From assembly GCA_003173855.1 (NCBI GenBank), contig PPGI01000010.1, positions 148,696 to 212,695 on the forward strand: a DNA stretch of 64,000 bases, written 5' to 3'. The notes under the pieces were generated by a model. That model made no database searches. It had not been told where the DNA came from and saw only the letters and a list, made by a program, of their open reading frames with translations. Numbering within the stretch: the first letter of the stretch is position 1; every line of letters begins with the position of its first letter. This document shows positions 59,805 through 64,000 of the stretch, piece by piece. This DNA comes from Candidatus Zambryskiibacteriota bacterium (GTDB taxonomy: Bacteria; Patescibacteriota; Minisyncoccia; Phycocordibacterales; DATDWN01). The translations under genes and the position numbers were made by a program.

Positions 59805-60809
59805 TTATATTTTAAACTCGATCACATCGCCGTCTTGAACTATGTAATCCTTGCCCTCTGTTCGTACGAGACCTTTTTCGCGTGCAGCAGCGTACGATCC
59901 AGCAGAAATTAAATCATTGTAATTTATGACTTCTGCACGAATAAATTTGTCTTTAAAATCGGTATGAATTGCGGTCCCAGCCATTGGTGCATTCCAACCC
60001 TTGGTAATTGTCCAAGCTCGAGTTTCATCAGCTCCAGTTGTAAAGTATGTGATCAAATTTAGAGTTTCGTAACTTTTTTTAATCAAATCATCAAAACCAG
60101 TTTGGAAAACCGGATCAACTATTACATTTGGTTTTGGCATATCTTTCGATATATCAAAAGATATGGATTCAGATGCTTCAGATGTATTTAGTGCATACAA
60201 AATTGGCTTTTCTGTTAGCAAATGCATTCCTTTCAATACGATTTTCTCTTCTGGAGTAAGTTCCACACTGTTTGCAAGCTTGCTATCTTCAAGCGCTAAC
60301 AAAACTTTTTTTAAAACTTGTTCCTCAAAAATTGCATCTTTTTTCCCAGCTTTAACATCCTTTCCTAAATTAGCTAATCTTTTTTTTACAGTTTCGGTAT
60401 CAGCTAAAATAAGTTCAAGATTTATAACCTCAATATCAGATAGTGGATCAACTTTTCCGTGAACATGAATTATGTCATCGTCTTTGAAAACTCGAACCAT
60501 TTCTAATATTGCATCCACTTCACGAATGTTTGAAAGAAATTTATTTCCAAGTCCTTCGCCTTCGCTTGCGCCTTTAACAAGCCCAGCAATGTCTACGAAC
60601 TCTACAACTGCTGGAATTGTTTTTGCTGATCGAGACAAGTCAGAAAGTTTTTGCAATCGATCATCCGGAACAGGAACAATGCCAACCGAAGGATCAATAG
60701 TACAAAATGGATAATTCTCCGCAGGCACAGACTTTTTTGTTAGTGCATTAAATAACGTGGACTTCCCCACGTTTGGCAGCCCCACAATTCCCATAGATAT
60801 ATTGGCCAT
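59805..60809 (-). CDS. ychF: ribosome-binding ATPase YchF (Obg-like ATPase)
   Basis: G1 GLPNVGKST, NxxE-type specificity region, TGS domain C-terminus (YIVQDGDVIEFK). Confidence 0.95.
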   Translation of the reverse strand: MANISMGIVGLPNVGKSTLFNALTKKSVPAENYPFCTIDPSVGIVPVPDDRLQKLSDLSRSAKTIPAVVEFVDIAGLVKGASEGEGLGNKFLSNIREVDAILEMVRVFKDDDIIHVHGKVDPLSDIEVINLELILADTETVKKRLANLGKDVKAGKKDAIFEEQVLKKVLLALEDSKLANSVELTPEEKIVLKGMHLLTEKPILYALNTSEASESISFDISKDMPKPNVIVDPVFQTGFDDLIKKSYETLNLITYFTTGADETRAWTITKGWNAPMAGTAIHTDFKDKFIRAEVINYNDLISAGSYAAAREKGLVRTEGKDYIVQDGDVIEFKI

Positions 60810-60849
60810 TCCTAAAATATGCCTTATTTTAAGCTCATTTTCAAGCTAT

Positions 60850-60878
60850 TTGACAATACTATTTTATCATGATAGTAT
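60850..60878 (+). promoter_or_regulatory. consensus sigma70 promoter (TTGACA-17-TAGTAT) driving GC-rich island
   Basis: -35 60850-60855, -10 60873-60878; AGGAGG 60885-60890; ATG 60897. Confidence 0.55.
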
Positions 60879-60954
60879 TTCTTTAGGAGGTGCCTCATGG
60901 TACTGAACGATCTGACACTGGGAGAAATGCTGGTACCCCACCCTTCTTCCCGAC

Positions 60955-61164
60955 ATGGTGCAGAAGTATGGAGACGGACCATTCAAAGTGGTCGGTCTCA
61001 ATCTCTGGACCAAACAGAACCCGAAGCTGTCAGTCGCTCCCTACAGAGTTACCCTCGAGCTTCCCAATGGAACTCGAGTGGAACTTGCCGGCGAGTGGGT
61101 CAGCCGCACCACACAAGACGACTGCGATATCTATGGCGGACCCTGTATCGGTGCAGACGCGTAA
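60955..61164 (+). CDS. island ORF A, hypothetical (69 aa); frame uncertain
   Basis: best GC3 and composition of three overlapping frames; but SD-ATG at 60897 is in a different frame (60897..61196). Confidence 0.35.
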   Translation: MVQKYGDGPFKVVGLNLWTKQNPKLSVAPYRVTLELPNGTRVELAGEWVSRTTQDDCDIYGGPCIGADA

Positions 61165-61182
61165 CAGTGGGAGTGTTCTTTC

Positions 61183-61268
61183 GGGTGAGTTGTTAACTCG
61201 CCCTCCTACCAAAGTTTTCAAATTAAGATTTATGAATTGAAAGTTTTGGTGGGACGAAATAGTTTCGT
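61183..61268 (+). repeat. structured intercistronic element, copy E1
   Basis: GC hairpin 61183-61203, 17-bp stem 61205-21/61237-53 pairing only with 3 G·U on plus strand, hairpin 61254-68. Confidence 0.7.
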
Positions 61269-61282
61269 CTTGCGGCTTCCCG

Positions 61283-61570
61283 GTGAAAGGTCGAAACGAT
61301 ATCATCGTGACTCCGCTCAGTTTCTTGGAAGAAAATCAAGGCATCAAAGAAGAGCATGTGAAGTACGAGCTTTCGAAACTTCACGGCTGCTCACCGTGCG
61401 ACATCACGATCTCGTTCTCACATGGAGTTCGAGCTCGTCGAGACGGAATTCCCAACAGTCGGGAGTACTACTTCGCTTCAAAGGCTGAAGAAAGAAGGTA
61501 CAAAGCCAGTCGTCGGTACTCACATGGTCTTGATCCGGACATGCCACCGCCGGGATGGATTCCCGATTAG
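61283..61570 (+). CDS. island ORF B, hypothetical (95 aa, GTG start)
   Basis: high GC3; stop 6 nt before E2. Confidence 0.4.
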   Translation: MKGRNDIIVTPLSFLEENQGIKEEHVKYELSKLHGCSPCDITISFSHGVRARRDGIPNSREYYFASKAEERRYKASRRYSHGLDPDMPPPGWIPD

Positions 61571-61576
61571 TTCTTC

Positions 61577-61650
61577 GGGCGAACCTTGTGTTCGCCCTCC
61601 CATCAAAGTTTTCAAAAGGTTGAAAGTTTTGGTGGGACGAATAGTTCGTC
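61577..61650 (+). repeat. structured intercistronic element, copy E2
   Basis: GC hairpin 61577-97 (different sequence, same structure), 17-bp stem 61599-615/61620-36, hairpin 61637-49. Confidence 0.7.
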
Positions 61651-61752
61651 TTGTTCTTTGTGAGGTGAAAAATGTTGTAGCGTTTCAATCCCTTTTTGAA
61701 TCTGACTTCTTTTGACTAAAACCAACAACATCCGAATTAAGAGGAGTGTACA

Positions 61753-62217
61753 ATGCAGAATCTCAAAGACCAACTCCTCCGCAGCGGACTTGTTTCAAAA
61801 GAACAGGTTCAAAAAGCGGAGGACGAACGTCGACAACAGGAAGCGCTGGCCAAGTTCGAGAAGACGTGTGAGCTACGTGACTTCGTCACAGCTTATCCAA
61901 AATTCAAGGACGGGCTTCGTGGACTTCCTCCTGACACGCCAATAACCATTGATCCAGAGCTCGAACAAAAGATGATCTGGGCCAGATGGCCACAGCGTGG
62001 CAGGAAGCTCGAGACAGGATACGGTTCACCGTATCTCGGTACGACTCTCGTTGTACGAATTGACCGACACACTGGCTTGGCACATCGATTCCCGATCGAG
62101 CCAGATCAGACTGGACGTCCAGTCTGGGAAATTGGCAGTAACCAATTTGCTCATTGCGATGTCGCTGTCGTCGAACAGGGCGAGAGAGATGTCGAGATCT
62201 TCGTCAAACTCGTCTGA
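61753..62217 (+). CDS. island ORF C, DUF2058/YaiL-like protein
   Basis: AAGAGGAG SD; N-terminus MQNLKDQLLRSGLVSKEQ resembles YaiL-family start; 154 aa. Confidence 0.5.
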   Translation: MQNLKDQLLRSGLVSKEQVQKAEDERRQQEALAKFEKTCELRDFVTAYPKFKDGLRGLPPDTPITIDPELEQKMIWARWPQRGRKLETGYGSPYLGTTLVVRIDRHTGLAHRFPIEPDQTGRPVWEIGSNQFAHCDVAVVEQGERDVEIFVKLV

Positions 62218-62230
62218 CCCACCTCAACAC

Positions 62231-62290
62231 GGGGAACAACGCGTTCCCCGTCCCATCAAAGTTTTTAATTAGATTGAAAATTTTGGTGGG
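62231..62290 (+). repeat. structured intercistronic element, copy E3
   Basis: GC hairpin 62231-49, 17-bp stem 62252-68/62274-90 with structure-preserving substitutions. Confidence 0.65.
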
Positions 62291-62315
62291 ACAATTAAGT
62301 TCATTGAGGTGACTC

Positions 62316-62561
62316 ATGCGTTTGCAAATGATTTACATTACTGAGTCTATGGGTTCGAATAAGAGTATTGAATTTCGTGACATAGATGACATCAGGAAAG
62401 TGCAGATGGAAATGCATTCGGGCTCACTCAAGTTTTCTGACCCAAGGATTCTTGCAATCGTTCCTGAAAAGTTAGCATTTGAAATTGCACTAGTATTCCA
62501 AAAGGAGTTGAAAATAACAATTTCATGGTCAGCATCGAGCGAGCATGACTTCCAAAAATAG
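62316..62561 (+). CDS. island ORF D, hypothetical (81 aa)
   Basis: GAGGTGA SD 4 nt upstream; followed by strong terminator. Confidence 0.5.
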   Translation: MRLQMIYITESMGSNKSIEFRDIDDIRKVQMEMHSGSLKFSDPRILAIVPEKLAFEIALVFQKELKITISWSASSEHDFQK

Positions 62562-62569
62562 AACCTGAG

Positions 62570-62599
62570 CCCCACGAATCGTTCGTGGGGTTTTTGTTT
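62570..62599 (+). terminator. Rho-independent terminator ending island operon
   Basis: ccccacgaa-tcg-ttcgtgggg 9-bp stem followed by TTTTTGTTT. Confidence 0.8.
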
Positions 62600-62633
62600 A
62601 TAAATTTTACATAAATGAGAAAGGCACCTTTTT

Positions 62634-62894
62634 TCACGGTGCCCTTCGAAGTTGTACACGAGAATGAACAAGTCGTAGTGGCTTTATGACAGATTTCATT
62701 TCGCTGCCAGAGCAAATGTATTCGTGGCTGATTTTTCTTATTGTCTGATCAAGAAATTCAACCGTAATGTACTCAATCTCGAAAAGAGGATCCTCAAGAT
62801 TGATGATCTTGCCTGTCTGCCACTTCTGTTTTCCCTCATCAGTGAAAACATCAACGCTTGCGCCCAGATCAAACTGAACCTGGTAATTTTCCAT
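62634..62894 (-). CDS. hypothetical protein (86 aa)
   Basis: ORF convergent with island; no motif. Confidence 0.35.
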   Translation of the reverse strand: MENYQVQFDLGASVDVFTDEGKQKWQTGKIINLEDPLFEIEYITVEFLDQTIRKISHEYICSGSEMKSVIKPLRLVHSRVQLRRAP

Positions 62895-63044
62895 CCAAGA
62901 ATTCTGGACGCTAACACTTACAATTTTGAAAGCTTACGTAGCTTCTATATAGTGCGTCTTTACAGTCCAAATAATATCGCCTGGTCCAATGTCCATCGCT
63001 CACCTCTTTTCGAATTATTAAAAATTTAGAAATCTTTGTCAAAA

Positions 63045-63422
63045 TTATTCTCCAGTTTTTCCAATGATTGATTCGACAGCATTAGTTATTGTTTTTAGTG
63101 ATTCATCAGATTTTACAATGTAACCGCGAACACCATGTTCAATACCAGCATTGACTTTATCAGACCCAGAAAAATTGGAGGTAATTAAAACAGGAATTTT
63201 ATTGTTTTCTCTATCTTTTTGCAAAATATTTAAAAAATCAATCCCACCAAGTTTTGGCATCATTAAATCAAGAATAATTAAATTTGGCTGTTCTTTTTCT
63301 GTCATCACCAATCCTTCTTGGCCATCTGATGCCGATATAACTTCGTAACCAGCGTTTTTTAGAGCTCCTGACGTTGTTTCTTGAAATGTCGGATCATCAT
63401 CAATTATCAATATTTTTTTCAT
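63045..63422 (-). CDS. single-domain response regulator (CheY-like receiver)
   Basis: DD pair (IIDDD), phospho-acceptor D (ILDLMMP), T (LITS), K (GYIVKS). Confidence 0.9.
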   Translation of the reverse strand: MKKILIIDDDPTFQETTSGALKNAGYEVISASDGQEGLVMTEKEQPNLIILDLMMPKLGGIDFLNILQKDRENNKIPVLITSNFSGSDKVNAGIEHGVRGYIVKSDESLKTITNAVESIIGKTGE

Positions 63423-63431
63423 AATAATATT

Positions 63432-64000
63432 TTAACTTAACGGGAGCACGAAGTAAAAGTTCGAGCCTACGCCTAATTCCGACCAAACACCAATCGAACC
63501 CCCATGACCTTCAACAATTCCCTTGGCAATTGCAAGTCCCAGTCCTGAGCCTTTCTGCCCAGTTTTTGGTTTGTTACCAAGCTGTTTAAATTTTGTAAAT
63601 AATTCTTTAGTTGCACTCTCAGAAATTCCCGCGCTGGTATCCGAGACTCCAACAACAATTGAATCAGCGAGGTTAACAAATTTATCTTCTGGCAATTTTA
63701 CAGTCAGTTTATCCGGCAATCGTGCTAATTCATCTGTAATTTTTGAACCAGCTTTGTGATGAAGTGCAAAAATATCGATCGTTCCGCCTGTGAGAGAAAA
63801 TTTAATGGCATTCGATATTAAATTGTTCAGCACTTGCTTGATGCTTGATTCATCAATCGGAACTTGTGGCGGCAATTCAGGATCATACAAAGCGATAATT
63901 TTTAATTTTGCATCATCTGCACTGGGTTTAAAGAATTCAAGGCGATTGGCAATTGCCTGTTTTATGTCTTTTGGTTCTTTTTTTACTTCAAACTTTCCAG
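63432..64000 (-). CDS. sensor histidine kinase, C-terminal part (N-terminus beyond window end)
   Basis: N box VLNNLISNAIKF, G1/G2 boxes (GSGLGLAIAKGIVEGHGGSIGVWSE); reading frame remains open to position 64000. Confidence 0.8.
   Translation of the reverse strand, partial: GKFEVKKEPKDIKQAIANRLEFFKPSADDAKLKIIALYDPELPPQVPIDESSIKQVLNNLISNAIKFSLTGGTIDIFALHHKAGSKITDELARLPDKLTVKLPEDKFVNLADSIVVGVSDTSAGISESATKELFTKFKQLGNKPKTGQKGSGLGLAIAKGIVEGHGGSIGVWSELGVGSNFYFVLPLS

Noticed and set aside
61183-62290. Considered whether the three repeated elements are integron attC sites (cassette array)
   Set aside because: No R'' RYYYAAC / R' GTTRRRY core sites are present on either strand. The long stem pairs fully only via G·U wobbles, which indicates RNA rather than ssDNA structure. 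No integrase gene is nearby.
1-64000. Scan of every intergenic region over 60 nt for tRNA, tmRNA, RNase P, rRNA and CRISPR arrays
   Set aside because: No T-loop GTTCRANYC motifs in cloverleaf context, no tmRNA or RNase P signature strings, and no regularly spaced direct repeats were found.

Overview
This is a low-GC (about 35%), gene-dense bacterial chromosomal segment carrying about 78 protein-coding genes and no rRNA, tRNA or CRISPR. Most of the content is housekeeping and gives no single lineage-diagnostic gene. It includes an rpsM-rpsK-rpsD-rpoA-rplQ/rplM-rpsI ribosomal cluster with infA and an rpmJ (L36) gene that the ORF track missed. It also includes a grpE-dnaK-dnaJ operon, a partial dcw cluster (mraY-ftsW-murG), recR/dnaB, six aminoacyl-tRNA synthetases, scpAB, and a MacAB-type efflux operon. 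The short genes, frequent weak Shine-Dalgarno sites, a minimal catalytic-core alaS and an archaeal-type aspS suggest a Patescibacteria/CPR-like or similarly reduced genome. The most interesting region is a ~1.75-kb GC-rich island (about 50% GC) at 60.85-62.6 kb. It has a consensus sigma70 promoter, four small ORFs and a strong terminator. Each ORF is followed by a copy of a conserved structured element: a 17-bp stem that keeps its pairing only through G·U wobbles on the plus strand, with structure-preserving substitutions across the three copies. This looks like an intercistronic RNA structural module that has not been described before. Other notable loci are a SET-domain methyltransferase translationally coupled to a pyruvoyl-type AdoMet-decarboxylase homologue, and an ATP-cone/PD-(D/E)xK nuclease fusion in an operon with an HD 5'-deoxynucleotidase and a family-4 UDG. 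There is also a two-copy conserved hairpin plus CT-rich intergenic motif and several small GC-richer standalone genes with canonical promoter, SD and terminator signals. All calls rest on motif recognition and manual translation; no database searches could be run.
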